From the NCBI GenBank assembly GCA_963719495.1, contig CAVRCI010000001.1:96001-160000 (forward strand): a stretch of 64,000 nt of DNA. The letters are read 5' to 3'. Positions 1-9,709 of the stretch are shown piece after piece. A model generated the notes under the pieces. The model saw only the letters and a program-made list of their open reading frames with translations, was not told where the DNA came from and ran no database searches. The first letter of the stretch is position 1. The number at the start of each line of letters is the position of its first letter. Source of the stretch: an uncultured Verrucomicrobiae bacterium. GTDB taxonomy: Bacteria; Verrucomicrobiota; Verrucomicrobiia; Chthoniobacterales; JAATET01. A program made the position numbers and the translations under genes.

Positions 1-1670
1 ACGGCCTGACCCGATGCCTTGAATTCCTGCACCATCCGCGTCCGCGCCATCCCCTCACCCTGGACCAGCAGGGGCCACCCACGATCCGAAAAAAACTCCC
101 GCATCCGGTCCGCCACCCGGTGCATCAACTGGTAGCTCGTAAACAAAACGAAAGCCCGCCCCTGCGTCTGGTCGGTAAAATGTCCGATCCACCGCTCCAG
201 CGCCTCCTCGTAACCCGCATCCCGCGGATCCGGCATCCGCCGCACCACGTGCACCGTCATCTGTCGCTCGTAATCGAACGGACTCCCGATCTGCACCGCC
301 TCCACCTCGTCCGCCCCCACCCGATTCCGAAAATATCCCAAATCCTCGCCACCCACCGAAAGCGTCGCGCTCGTCGTCACCGAACAAGCCCCCTCGCGAT
401 ACAATAACCGCCGCAAGCAAGCTGCCAAATCGACCGGCGCTGCGTGCAGATTGTGCAGCGTCTCTCGCTTCCCCGTTTCCTCCACCCAATAGACGTGCCC
501 CCGCTCGGTCTGATCCAAAAACGCCATCACCGAAGCCCGCGCCTCCCGCAACCGCCCCGCGAGATCCCCCAGCTCCGACTTCGTCACGTCGTCATCGGTC
601 TTCGTCATCGCCACTCCGACCAGTTCGATCAACCCCGTCAACCCCTCGCACAACTCAGACCCATCGACCAAATTCGGCTCCCGCACCCGCGCCTCCCGCC
701 CCCGTCCAAACCGGCAAGCCCGCCCCACCTCGTCGAAAAAACCATCCGCCGCCGGCAGCAAATCCATCACGGCCTGCATCCCATCCGCCCGCCCGAGCAC
801 TTGAAACAACCCCTTCTTCGTCCGCGGATTGAACAGCCGCTGCAGCCCATTCCTTAACCCGTATTGCGAAACCGAAAACCCAATGTGCCGCGAAGCCACC
901 CCCTCGATCGTGTGCGCTTCGTCGAAAATCGCGAAGTCGTTCGGAAACAAAAACCCGCCCCCGTCCTTCTCGTCCACCTCCCACTCCGACCCCAGCAGCG
1001 TGAAGAACAACGTGTGATTCACCACCAGCACGTCCGCCCCCTGCATCCGCCGCCGCGCCGCCTGGTAAAAACACTCCCGATTCCGCCCGCACGTTTTCTG
1101 CGTGCAAATGTTCCGCTCGCTGCAGACTTGCGACCAGATCTGCGAATCCGGCTCGACCGTGAAATCGCTCAGCGACCCATCCTTCGTCACCTTGCTCCAA
1201 TCCCGAATCCGCTCCAGCTCCGTCCGCTGCACCGTGGTGAAAAGCCCATCCGCGTGCCGCAGCGCCCGGTCGAGCCGCGTCCCGCACAAATAATTCTGCC
1301 GCCCCTTCATCAGCGCCGCCTCGAATTCCACCGGCAGGATCTCGCGCACCGCCGGGATGTCTTTGAAAACCAGCTGCTCCTGCAGATTGATCGTGTGCGT
1401 CGAGATCACCGCCTTCCGCTTGTGCCGCACCGCAAAAAGGATCGCCGGGATCAGGTAAGCGAGCGATTTGCCCACCCCCGTCCCCGCCTCGATCACCACG
1501 TGTCCGCCGGCATCCAACGTCCGCGCCACCGCGCACGCCATCGCCTGCTGCTCCCGCCGCCACTCGAATCCCGGGCGCTTCGACAATGCCCCCGTCGCCG
1601 AAAAAATCTCCGCCACCTCGCTCTCGAAAGCCCGAGCCCCAGTCCCGCCCCCTTCCACCAGCGAAATCAA
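1..1670 (-). CDS. DinG/YoaA-family ATP-dependent helicase (3' end runs off window)
   Basis: Manual translation from TTG at 1670 (LISLVEGG..FEWRREQQAMA) contains Walker A EAGTGVGKSLAYL and IFDEAHT. It is absent from the ORF track, consistent with no stop inside the window. Confidence 0.85.
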   Translation of the reverse strand, partial: MISLVEGGGTGARAFESEVAEIFSATGALSKRPGFEWRREQQAMACAVARTLDAGGHVVIEAGTGVGKSLAYLIPAILFAVRHKRKAVISTHTINLQEQLVFKDIPAVREILPVEFEAALMKGRQNYLCGTRLDRALRHADGLFTTVQRTELERIRDWSKVTKDGSLSDFTVEPDSQIWSQVCSERNICTQKTCGRNRECFYQAARRRMQGADVLVVNHTLFFTLLGSEWEVDEKDGGGFLFPNDFAIFDEAHTIEGVASRHIGFSVSQYGLRNGLQRLFNPRTKKGLFQVLGRADGMQAVMDLLPAADGFFDEVGRACRFGRGREARVREPNLVDGSELCEGLTGLIELVGVAMTKTDDDVTKSELGDLAGRLREARASVMAFLDQTERGHVYWVEETGKRETLHNLHAAPVDLAACLRRLLYREGACSVTTSATLSVGGEDLGYFRNRVGADEVEAVQIGSPFDYERQMTVHVVRRMPDPRDAGYEEALERWIGHFTDQTQGRAFVLFTSYQLMHRVADRMREFFSDRGWPLLVQGEGMARTRMVQEFKASGQA

Positions 1671-1819
1671 AGCGTCGTCTCCCCCGGCCAAACCGACCCG
1701 CCATCCCGCGTCCCAAAATCAGCATTGCCCCGCATCGCCAACGCGCGAATAGTCCTCCACCCGCGCCCCGCCGCCCGAGAGGCCAATCTTAAATCGTAAA
1801 TCATCAATCGTAAATTTCC

Positions 1820-2944
1820 GTGTCCCTGCTCGATCGCTACGTTCTGAAGAAATTTCTCGTTCCTTTCGTCTACTGCTTCTTCGGATTCATCGCCATCTGG
1901 CTCGTCTTCGATCTCAGTGACAACGGACCCGACTTCATCGCCGGAAAAGTCGGATTGGACACCATCCTCGAGTTCTACGCGAGCCAGATTCCCGAGATCG
2001 TCGTCATCAGTCTCCCCGTCGGCACCCTCCTTGCCCTCCTCTACTCGCTCACCCAGATGTCGCGCTCCAACGAGATCATCTCGATGCTCGGCTCGGGCCG
2101 CAGCGTCGTCCGCATCCTGATGCCCCTCTTCGGCTTCGGGCTCCTCCTCGTTTTCGTCACCGGATTCTTCAACTACGAAGGCGCCCCGCACGCCGCCGCG
2201 ACGAAGAAAATGATGCTCAAAGAGATCAACAGCGGCAAAAAGCGCGAACGCTCCATCGTCGGCCACCTCTTCGTCAACCGACAGGACGACCGCGTCTGGT
2301 ATATGCGCAAGCTCCGGCTCGAAAGTAACGCCATCGACGACCTTCAGATCATCCAAATGGACGGCCGGGGCGTCCCGCTCAAACAATGGTATGCCCGCGA
2401 CGCCGTTTACGACGCGGCGCGCAAAGCGTGGAATTTCGTCGACCTCAAATACGTTGAACTCGCCCCCGACGGCGACATCGCCCGCACCGAATTCGAAAAA
2501 GAATTTCAAATCACCGGCTGGAGCGAAACCCCCGAGCGCATCGCCAGTTCCCGCATGGTCCCCGAGTATCTCTCGGTCCCCGAACTCCGCGACTACCTCG
2601 ACTACAACGCCGACTTCCCCAGCGACCAGCTCGCCCCCTTCGCCACCCACCTCCAATACCGCTTCGCCCTCCCCTGGGTCTGCATCCTCGTCGTCTTCCT
2701 GGCCGCCCCCATGGGCATCGTCTACTCCCGTCGCGGCATCCTCGGCGGCGTCGCCGTCGCCATCGCCCTCTTCTTCCTGCTCGTCATCGCCAGCAGCCTC
2801 GCCATCGCCCTCGGCAAGGGCGGCCGCGTCACCCCCGTCGAAGCCGCCTGGACCCCCCTCGCCGTCTTCTTCGTCATCGGCCTCCTCCTTCTCTGGTTCC
2901 GCTCCACCGCCCGCGACATTCCCATTCCGAAAGTATTTGGTTGA
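1820..2944 (+). CDS. LptF/LptG family LPS export permease
   Basis: LLDRYVLKKF N-terminus, SRSNEIISMLGSG motif, 3 TM + periplasmic domain + 3 TM. Confidence 0.9.
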   Translation: MSLLDRYVLKKFLVPFVYCFFGFIAIWLVFDLSDNGPDFIAGKVGLDTILEFYASQIPEIVVISLPVGTLLALLYSLTQMSRSNEIISMLGSGRSVVRILMPLFGFGLLLVFVTGFFNYEGAPHAAATKKMMLKEINSGKKRERSIVGHLFVNRQDDRVWYMRKLRLESNAIDDLQIIQMDGRGVPLKQWYARDAVYDAARKAWNFVDLKYVELAPDGDIARTEFEKEFQITGWSETPERIASSRMVPEYLSVPELRDYLDYNADFPSDQLAPFATHLQYRFALPWVCILVVFLAAPMGIVYSRRGILGGVAVAIALFFLLVIASSLAIALGKGGRVTPVEAAWTPLAVFFVIGLLLLWFRSTARDIPIPKVFG

Positions 2945-3020
2945 TGGTTATTGGCTATTGGCCTGATCCGCCGCTCCGCGGCGGCAGTCCCCAATAACCA
3001 ACAACCAATAACCAACCAAC
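2934..3020. repeat. Inverted heptamer cassette (TTATTGG)n - GC hairpin - (CCAATAA)n
   Basis: TATTTGG TTGATGG TTATTGG CTATTGG ... CCGCCGC-TCC-GCGGCGG ... CCAATAA CCAACAA CCAATAA. Confidence 0.85.
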
Positions 3021-3032
3021 ACCCCTCACCAA

Positions 3033-3530
3033 ATGACCGACTGGGAAATCAAAAGCCGAGCCCACGCCTGCAGCCGAACGAAGACCCCGTTCACCGAAGG
3101 CGATTTCTTCCACACCCTCCTCTTCCGCGAAAAGGACGGCACCTTCCGCCGCGAAGACCTCTGCGAAGCCGCCTGGAACGATCGCAACGACAACCTCGCC
3201 CCGTTCTCATTCTGGCGCAGTAAATACGAGCCACCCCCGCCCGCCCCGCCCGAGGCGCTCAAAAAAAACGACGCCGAATCCCTGCTCCGCGCCCTCGCCG
3301 AGACCAACGACCCGCGCTACCGAAACGCCATCTACATCCTCGCCCTCATGCTCGAGCGCAAGCGCATCCTCCGCCCCATCGAGCAGGAGGACGCCGATAC
3401 CCTCGTCTACGAATTCCCAAAAACCGGCGAAACGATCATCCTCAAAAACCCCCACCTCAGCTTCGACCAAATCCCCGCCGTCCAGGAAGAAGTCAGCGCC
3501 CTACTGGACGAAAGCCTCTCGAAAGGTTGA
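3033..3530 (+). CDS. Hypothetical protein
   Basis: 165 aa ORF with host-like codon usage between lptF/G and dusB. Confidence 0.75.
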   Translation: MTDWEIKSRAHACSRTKTPFTEGDFFHTLLFREKDGTFRREDLCEAAWNDRNDNLAPFSFWRSKYEPPPPAPPEALKKNDAESLLRALAETNDPRYRNAIYILALMLERKRILRPIEQEDADTLVYEFPKTGETIILKNPHLSFDQIPAVQEEVSALLDESLSKG

Positions 3531-3627
3531 GTGTTGAGAGATGAGTGTTGAGTGGAAAGGAGGTGCCCCGACGCCGCAAAGCGGCGAAACCTCACCCACC
3601 AGTCACCAGTCACCAGTCACCAGTCAC
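3526..3627. repeat. Heptamer cassette (GTTGAGT)4 - hairpin - (CACCAGT)4
   Basis: Directly visible; overlaps the upstream stop and the dusB 5' end. Confidence 0.85.
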
Positions 3628-4614
3628 GCGCTGTATCTAGCCCCCATGGCGGGCGTCACCAACACGATCTTCCGCCAGATCTGCCTCGATCACGGAGCCG
3701 ACGTCCTCACGTCCGAATTCGTCTCCGCCGAAGGCATTCTTCACCGCAACCAGCGCACCCGCGAATACCTCGACTTCTCCGAGCGCGAGCGCCCCGTCGG
3801 CGTCCAGCTCTTCGGTGGCAATCCCGAAGCCCTCGCCGAAGCCGCCCGCCACGTCGCCGATTGGGTCCACCCCGACTTCATCGACCTCAACTTCGGCTGC
3901 CCCGTCAACAAAGTCGTTTCCAAACAAGGCGGCTCCGCCCTTCTCAAGGATTGCCCCCTCCTCGAGCGGGTCGCCCGAGCCGTCGTCGCCGCCGTCCACC
4001 CGCTCCCCGTCACCGCCAAGATCCGCACCGGCTGGAACGCCAGCACCATCAACGCCACCACCACCGCCACCATCCTCGAACAAGCCGGCATCCAACGCCT
4101 CGCCATCCACGGACGCACCAAAGAACAGGGCTACACCGGCGAAGCCGACTGGAACGTCATCGCCCAAGTCGCCGACACAGTCTCCATCCCCGTCATCGGC
4201 AACGGCGACATCGCCAGCGGCGCCGACGCCAAAAAGCGAATCACCGAATCCCGTGTCGCCGGCCTCATGATCGGCCGAGCCGCCATGACCAACCCCTGGA
4301 TCTTCACCGAAATCAAATGCACGCTCAACGGCGACCCCTTCACTCCCCCCACCGACGCCGACCGCTGGACCCTCCTCATCGACCACGCCCGCCGAGAAGC
4401 CCAGCGCCGAGGAGACGAACGCCGAGCCATCCACAGCCTGCGAAGCCGCCTCATGGCCTACAGCCGAGCCCTAAAAAACGGAAAAGCCCTCCGCCCAAAG
4501 TTCACCAAGGTCGACTCGGTCACCGAACTCGAAGACCTGGCGGCCGAGCACCAGGAAGGGGAAAACCGGGTTGCCTTCGGCGGTCTCCGCTCCGCTCCGG
4601 CTCCAGTCCGGTAG
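3541..4614 (+). CDS. dusB: tRNA-dihydrouridine synthase
   Basis: LAPMAG, VQLFGG, DLNFGCP, IHGRT, VIGNGDI and MIGRAA motifs. The N-terminus looks repeat-derived, so the start is uncertain. Confidence 0.9.
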   Translation: MSVEWKGGAPTPQSGETSPTSHQSPVTSHALYLAPMAGVTNTIFRQICLDHGADVLTSEFVSAEGILHRNQRTREYLDFSERERPVGVQLFGGNPEALAEAARHVADWVHPDFIDLNFGCPVNKVVSKQGGSALLKDCPLLERVARAVVAAVHPLPVTAKIRTGWNASTINATTTATILEQAGIQRLAIHGRTKEQGYTGEADWNVIAQVADTVSIPVIGNGDIASGADAKKRITESRVAGLMIGRAAMTNPWIFTEIKCTLNGDPFTPPTDADRWTLLIDHARREAQRRGDERRAIHSLRSRLMAYSRALKNGKALRPKFTKVDSVTELEDLAAEHQEGENRVAFGGLRSAPAPVR

Positions 4615-4715
4615 CCGCAATCAGGGGGAACGCACGCCTCCCGGCGTGCGAGCAGCGGCGTCCCGCCGCTGCAACCCGGGCAACCCGCGAAGCGGGAGCC
4701 GAAGAAATCCCACCA

Positions 4716-4804
4716 TTGACTCGCTCGCTCCCGCTCGTCTCGACCTCCGGGCTACATCGCAGAGCCGATGCAGTCTGCCCCGCGGCTTCCCAGCCGCCGG
4801 TGCT
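4716..4804. repeat. About 89-bp dispersed repeat, copy at 62986-63074
   Basis: TTGACTCGCTCGCTCCCGCTCGTCTCG..CATCGCAGAGC..CAGTCTGCCCCG.GGCTTCCCAGCC.CCGGTGCT. Confidence 0.9.
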
Positions 4805-6108
4805 CACCAGTCACGCACTCCTCCCCCCAACCGTCGCCCCACAAAATACGCCCCCATCCCCGCCAACAAAGTCCCCGCCCCCCAAGCCGCCTGCTTCGGC
4901 CGCTCCACCGCCGTGTAAGCCAGCGAAAACACCCCAATCGCCGCGAACAATCCCGGAGTCACCGGATATCCCCAGCACCGAAACGGCCGAGCCAACCCCG
5001 GCTCCCGCACCCGCAGCACCACAACCCCCACCACCGTCAACAACCCGCACGCCACCAGCGCAAACTGCGTGTAAATCAGCACATCCTCGAACGTCGCCGT
5101 CAGAATCAGGATCATCACCAGCACCCACTGCAACCCACACGCCAGCAGCGGAATCCCACCCCGCGACCGCCAGGCCAGCACCCGTAATCCAACGAAATCC
5201 TCCCCGATCGTCGCCGCCACCCGCGGCCCCGCCCACGTCATCGCGCTGATTGCCGAAATCAGTCCCAGCGAAATGAGCCCCGACATCACCCGCCCGCCAC
5301 TCGGCCCGAAGATCGCCGCCGCCGCCAGATTTCCGACGTCCAGCTGACCCGCCAACTCCCCCATCGGCACCGTCTTCAGAAACACCGCATTGAGCAACAC
5401 GTAGAAGACCCCCACGATCACCGTTCCCAGGATCAGCGACCAAGGCACGTTCCGCGCCGGATCCCGCACCTCCCCAATGATGTAGGTCGACGCGTTCCAC
5501 CCCGAATACGAATACATGACATACATCAGCGCCACCGCGAACGGCGCGCTCGCGATCCGCTCCCCGTCCCCCAAGACCGGCCAAAACGAAACGTCCACCG
5601 TCGGCCCGACCAAAAACCCCGCCGCCACGAGCACCAGGATCAGCGACACCTTCAGCCCAGTGAACACGTTCTGGAAAACCCCGCTCGACCGGATGGAAAT
5701 CCCGTGCACCCCCGCAACCAAAGTCGCGATCCCCACCGAAACCCAAACCACCGGCACATTCGGGATTAAATTCTGAGCGTAGCCGCCAAAAGCCATCGCC
5801 GCCAATGCCACCGGAGCCGCAAACCCCACGGTCGCCGACATGATCCCCGCCATGAACCCGACCGACGGATGATAAATCCGCGATAGAAAGTTGTATTCGC
5901 CCCCCGACCGGGGCAAAGCCGCCGCCAACTCCGCGTAACTCAAAGCTCCGCACACCGCGAAAACCGCCCCGAGAGCCCAAACCGCCAGAATCGCAAAACC
6001 CGAAGGCAACGGCCCAACCTGGAACCCCAGACTCGTAAAAACCCCCGTCCCAATCATGTTGGCCACCACGATCGCCGTGCAAGTCACCAACCCAATCTTC
6101 GCGTTCAT
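4804..6108 (-). CDS. APC family amino acid permease
   Basis: MNAKIGL..VANMIGTGVF and YAELAAALPRSGGEY motifs, multi-TM. ATG at 6108 chosen over the longer ORF-track start. Confidence 0.9.
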   Translation of the reverse strand: MNAKIGLVTCTAIVVANMIGTGVFTSLGFQVGPLPSGFAILAVWALGAVFAVCGALSYAELAAALPRSGGEYNFLSRIYHPSVGFMAGIMSATVGFAAPVALAAMAFGGYAQNLIPNVPVVWVSVGIATLVAGVHGISIRSSGVFQNVFTGLKVSLILVLVAAGFLVGPTVDVSFWPVLGDGERIASAPFAVALMYVMYSYSGWNASTYIIGEVRDPARNVPWSLILGTVIVGVFYVLLNAVFLKTVPMGELAGQLDVGNLAAAAIFGPSGGRVMSGLISLGLISAISAMTWAGPRVAATIGEDFVGLRVLAWRSRGGIPLLACGLQWVLVMILILTATFEDVLIYTQFALVACGLLTVVGVVVLRVREPGLARPFRCWGYPVTPGLFAAIGVFSLAYTAVERPKQAAWGAGTLLAGMGAYFVGRRLGGGVRDW

Positions 6109-6261
6109 CAACCAACCATCATCACCGCCCCCACGAAGGAAGCCATTCCGAAAAATCACCACAAAGCGCTCCTCACCAAACTCCACGCCCCCCGTTACAA
6201 AACTCCGATGCGGCCGCACCGAAGTTTTGTAAAGCCACCCTCGACCCTCGACCCTCGACCC

Positions 6262-6867
6262 ATGACCTTCGACCTGGACAACGACCACGCCGACCGCGCC
6301 TACTCCATCCTCTCCTCCCTCGTCACCCCGCGCCCCATCGCCTGGGTCACCACCCTCTCGCCCACCGGCCAGTTCAACGCCGCCCCGTTCAGCTTCTTCA
6401 ACGTCCTCGGCGCCAACCCGCCCATCGTCGGCTTCTGCCCCGGCGACCGCGCGCCCGGCGTCCCGAAAGACACCGCGGCCAACATCCGCGCGACCCACGA
6501 ATTCGTCGTCAACCTCGTCGACGAGGATCTCGCCGAAGCGATGAACACCACCGCCGCCGACCTCCCCCCCGGCGAAAGCGAACTCAACCACGCCGGCCTC
6601 ACCACCGCCCCGTCCACCCTCGTCACCCCGCCCCGCATCGCCGAGGCCCCGGCCGCCCTCGAATGCACCGAGTGGGGCACCCTGCAAATCGGCGACAACC
6701 GCCTCATCATTGGCCTCGTCCACCGCGTCCACGTCCGCGACGAACTCGTTGATCACGACAACCTCCGCATCGTCAGCGAGAAGTTTCGCGTCATCGGTCG
6801 CATGGCCAGCCCAAGCAGCTATTGCCGCACCACCGACCGATTCGAACTCGAGCGCCCCGGGAACTAA
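6262..6867 (+). CDS. Flavin reductase-like FMN-binding protein
   Basis: VTPRPIAWVTT, NAAPFSFFN, KDTAANI..EFVVN motifs. Confidence 0.88.
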   Translation: MTFDLDNDHADRAYSILSSLVTPRPIAWVTTLSPTGQFNAAPFSFFNVLGANPPIVGFCPGDRAPGVPKDTAANIRATHEFVVNLVDEDLAEAMNTTAADLPPGESELNHAGLTTAPSTLVTPPRIAEAPAALECTEWGTLQIGDNRLIIGLVHRVHVRDELVDHDNLRIVSEKFRVIGRMASPSSYCRTTDRFELERPGN

Positions 6868-7162
6868 AACCCGACCGCCCACCCGCTCCCGAACGAAAGG
6901 AAAAAAACGGCTTGCGCCCCCCGCACCCGTTCCTTACCTCTTCAAAGCGCCCGCACCGTGCGGGCCAAACCCGTTACTCATTGAATCAGCACGACAGATT
7001 GAAACTCGGAATCCCCCAATGCCCCGGCTCGCCCTCGTGACGTCAGCTCGCATTTCCGCACCCCATCGCATCACGGCGCTCTCGCGACCATGACCGTGCT
7101 CATTACTTCAACCGGCACCGACGTCTTCACGGCGCGCCACACACCAACCCACAGGAGGTCTT

Positions 7163-7801
7163 ATTAAACCAAAAAGAGGTCGTCGTCCCATCGTTCCGCG
7201 CTGGGATCATCGCGTCAACGAACGCATCCGCGCCCGCGAGGTCCGCGTCATTCTCGCCGCCACCGGCGAACAGCTCGGCATTCTCAAAACCGAGGACGCC
7301 ATTCGCAAAGCCAAATCCTACGGCCTCGACCTCGTCGAAGTCACCGCGAAGGCCGATCCGCCCGTCTGCCGAATCGTCGACTACGGCAAATTCCGCTACG
7401 AGATCGCCAAGCACGAAAAGGACAAAAAACAGACCGTCAACAAGGTCAAGGAAGTCAAATTCCGCGCCAACATCGACGAGCACGACTACGTCACGAAGAT
7501 CCGCCGCGCCGAGCAGTTCCTCGACAAGGGCAGCAAGCTCAAGGTCGGCCTCCAATTCCGCGGACGCGAAATGGCCCACCAGGAAAACGGCCACGCCGTC
7601 ATGCAGCGCGTCAAAGCCGATCTCGCGACGATGGCCAACGTCGACATGGAGCCCAAGCTCACCGGTCGTGCCATCGGCATGACCCTCAGCCCCCTGCCCG
7701 CCAACAAGCGGGTTCGGAAATTCTCCAACGCCGCCGACGACATCGAAGACGACGAGGAAGACACCGACACGGAAGAGAACGAACAGGACGATGACTCCTA
7801 G
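7163..7801 (+). CDS. infC: Translation initiation factor IF-3 (ATT start)
   Basis: AGGAGGT SD at 7153-7159, then ATT AAA CCA. RVNERIRAREVRVI, GLDLVEV, PPVCRIVDYGKF, KEVKFR and FRGREMAH motifs. Confidence 0.93.
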   Translation: MKPKRGRRPIVPRWDHRVNERIRAREVRVILAATGEQLGILKTEDAIRKAKSYGLDLVEVTAKADPPVCRIVDYGKFRYEIAKHEKDKKQTVNKVKEVKFRANIDEHDYVTKIRRAEQFLDKGSKLKVGLQFRGREMAHQENGHAVMQRVKADLATMANVDMEPKLTGRAIGMTLSPLPANKRVRKFSNAADDIEDDEEDTDTEENEQDDDS

Positions 7802-8486
7802 CCCAGGACGTCGCCTTTTCCTCTTCGACATCGACGGCACCCTCATCACGTCGGGAGGTGCCGGGGAAAACGCGCTCCGCGACGCCGTCCGGGACCGCTT
7901 CGGCAAAGAGGAGGACCTCGAGGGCGTCACCATCGCCGGCAACACCGACTCCGCGATCAGCCGCCAGCTCCTCGAAAAGCACGGGATCGAACCCACGCCG
8001 GAAAACCTCACCGCTCTCCTCGACGGCTACCTCCACAATCTCACAAAGCGGCTCCCCAAACATTCCGGCCGCGTCCTCCCCGGGATCGTCACCCTCCTCG
8101 ACGCCCTCCGCGACCGCGAAGACTGCGTCCTCGCCCTCCTCACCGGCAACCTCGCCCGCGGAGCCGAGATCAAATTGAGTCACTACGGCGTCTGGGATTA
8201 CTTCGAATTCGGTGCCTACGCCGACGACAGCCACGACCGCAACCAACTCGGCCACTACGCCCGCACTCGGGCAAAGGAAACCAGCGGCGAAGATTTTCCA
8301 CCCGAAAGAATCTACGTCATCGGCGACACCCCGAGAGACATCGAGTGCGGCAAAGCCATCGACGCGAAAACGGTCGCGATCGCCACCGGCAACTACAGCC
8401 AGGCCGAGCTGGCCGCCCACGAACCCGACCACCTCTTCGAAGACTTGAGCGTCACCGAAAAGGTCATCGAGTCCCTCTTCAGCTAG
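7791..8486 (+). CDS. HAD family hydrolase
   Basis: FDIDGTL, LTGN and IGDTPRDI motifs. Confidence 0.9.
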   Translation: MTPSPGRRLFLFDIDGTLITSGGAGENALRDAVRDRFGKEEDLEGVTIAGNTDSAISRQLLEKHGIEPTPENLTALLDGYLHNLTKRLPKHSGRVLPGIVTLLDALRDREDCVLALLTGNLARGAEIKLSHYGVWDYFEFGAYADDSHDRNQLGHYARTRAKETSGEDFPPERIYVIGDTPRDIECGKAIDAKTVAIATGNYSQAELAAHEPDHLFEDLSVTEKVIESLFS

Positions 8487-8610
8487 GGGAGCGCACGCGT
8501 CCCCGCGTGCGAGATGCGGCGTCCCGCCGCATCAAACCAGGCAAGTCGAGCAAAGCGAGAGAGCCAAACCTCAAGGAGCGGCGATTTGCAATCGCCGAAC
8601 CAACCCAAAT
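8487..8610. repeat. Composite REP-like element (A+B modules), near-identical copy at 15003-15125
   Basis: GGGAGCGCACGCGTCCC..GATGCGGCGTCCCGCCGCATC..TCAAGGAGCGGCGATTTGCAATCGCCGAAC. Confidence 0.88.
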
Positions 8611-8656
8611 CCGCAAAGCGGATCACTCCCCTCTCCGACCCCCGCGAGCCACACCC

Positions 8657-9709
8657 GTGACGACCCTCCGTCAAAAAGCCACCACCCTCCTCCAGCACCT
8701 CGCCGAGATCGCCGCCCTCTTCGCCACGATCGGCTTCATCCTCGGCACCCTCGGCCGCCACCATTGGATCCTCGATCTCGCGAGCCACTTCCGATTCCAA
8801 TATCTCGCCGCGTTCGCGGCCGCCACCATCGTCTTCGCCGCCTCCCGCCGATGGAAATCCGCCCTCGCCGCCGCCGCCGCGACCACCCTCGTGGCAATCA
8901 GCCTCGCCCCCTACTACCTCCCGTCGTCGGCAACGCCAGCCAGCCCAAAAGGCACCCCACTGAAGCTCATCACCTTCAACGTCAACACGGCGAACGACCG
9001 CCACGCCGAAGTCACCGACTATCTCTTTCGCGAAAACGCCGATGTCGTCATCCTGCTCGAAGTTGGCCCCCGCTGGATCGAAGGCCTCACCCCGCTGCAC
9101 GCACTCTACCCCCACCGCTACGAGAACCCCCGACGCGACAATTTCGGCATGGCCTTTTTCAGTAAACATCCGTTCGAAGACCGTTCACCCGAAGCCTCAG
9201 ACCGATTCGGTCGCCCCGTCGTCGACGCCCTCGTCCATCTCCCGACCCAATCCGTCGAAATCGTCGGCACCCACCCCGACCCGCCCACGAGCAGCTTGGC
9301 GTCCGCCTCCCGGGACGAAATGCTGGTTGCCCTCCTGCCGACTACCTCGGACCCGAGGGATCACCCCTTCATCGCCGCCGGCGACTTCAATCTCTCGCAA
9401 TTTTCTCCAAATTTTCAGGCGCTCCTCCACGGAAGCGGCCTCCAGGACACCGCCGTCGGGCACGGCCTTGCTCCCACCTGGATGCGACGCAATCCCGTCT
9501 TCGCGGCACCAATCGATCAAGTCCTCATCTCCCCCGACGTCGAGATTCTGTCGCGCCACGTCGGCCCATCCATCGGTTCCGATCATTCCCCTCTGATCGT
9601 CGAACTCTCGCTCCCAGCTCGGCGAGCAGAGCCCTTTTCAAGGCCAGTCCGAGCGCGCCCCCACGAGCTCACGCCGCCGCCGCGAAAGCCTCCAACCCTT
9701 CGCGAGTGA
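8657..9709 (+). CDS. Endonuclease/exonuclease/phosphatase (EEP) family protein with N-terminal TM segments
   Basis: LKLITFNV, ADVVILLEV, AGDFN, PIDQVL and GSDH motifs. GTG start at 8657. Confidence 0.85.
   Translation: MTTLRQKATTLLQHLAEIAALFATIGFILGTLGRHHWILDLASHFRFQYLAAFAAATIVFAASRRWKSALAAAAATTLVAISLAPYYLPSSATPASPKGTPLKLITFNVNTANDRHAEVTDYLFRENADVVILLEVGPRWIEGLTPLHALYPHRYENPRRDNFGMAFFSKHPFEDRSPEASDRFGRPVVDALVHLPTQSVEIVGTHPDPPTSSLASASRDEMLVALLPTTSDPRDHPFIAAGDFNLSQFSPNFQALLHGSGLQDTAVGHGLAPTWMRRNPVFAAPIDQVLISPDVEILSRHVGPSIGSDHSPLIVELSLPARRAEPFSRPVRARPHELTPPPRKPPTLRE

Noticed and set aside
4804..6882. 692-aa permease ORF
   Set aside because: The extension is antisense to the flavin reductase; homology starts at ATG 6108.
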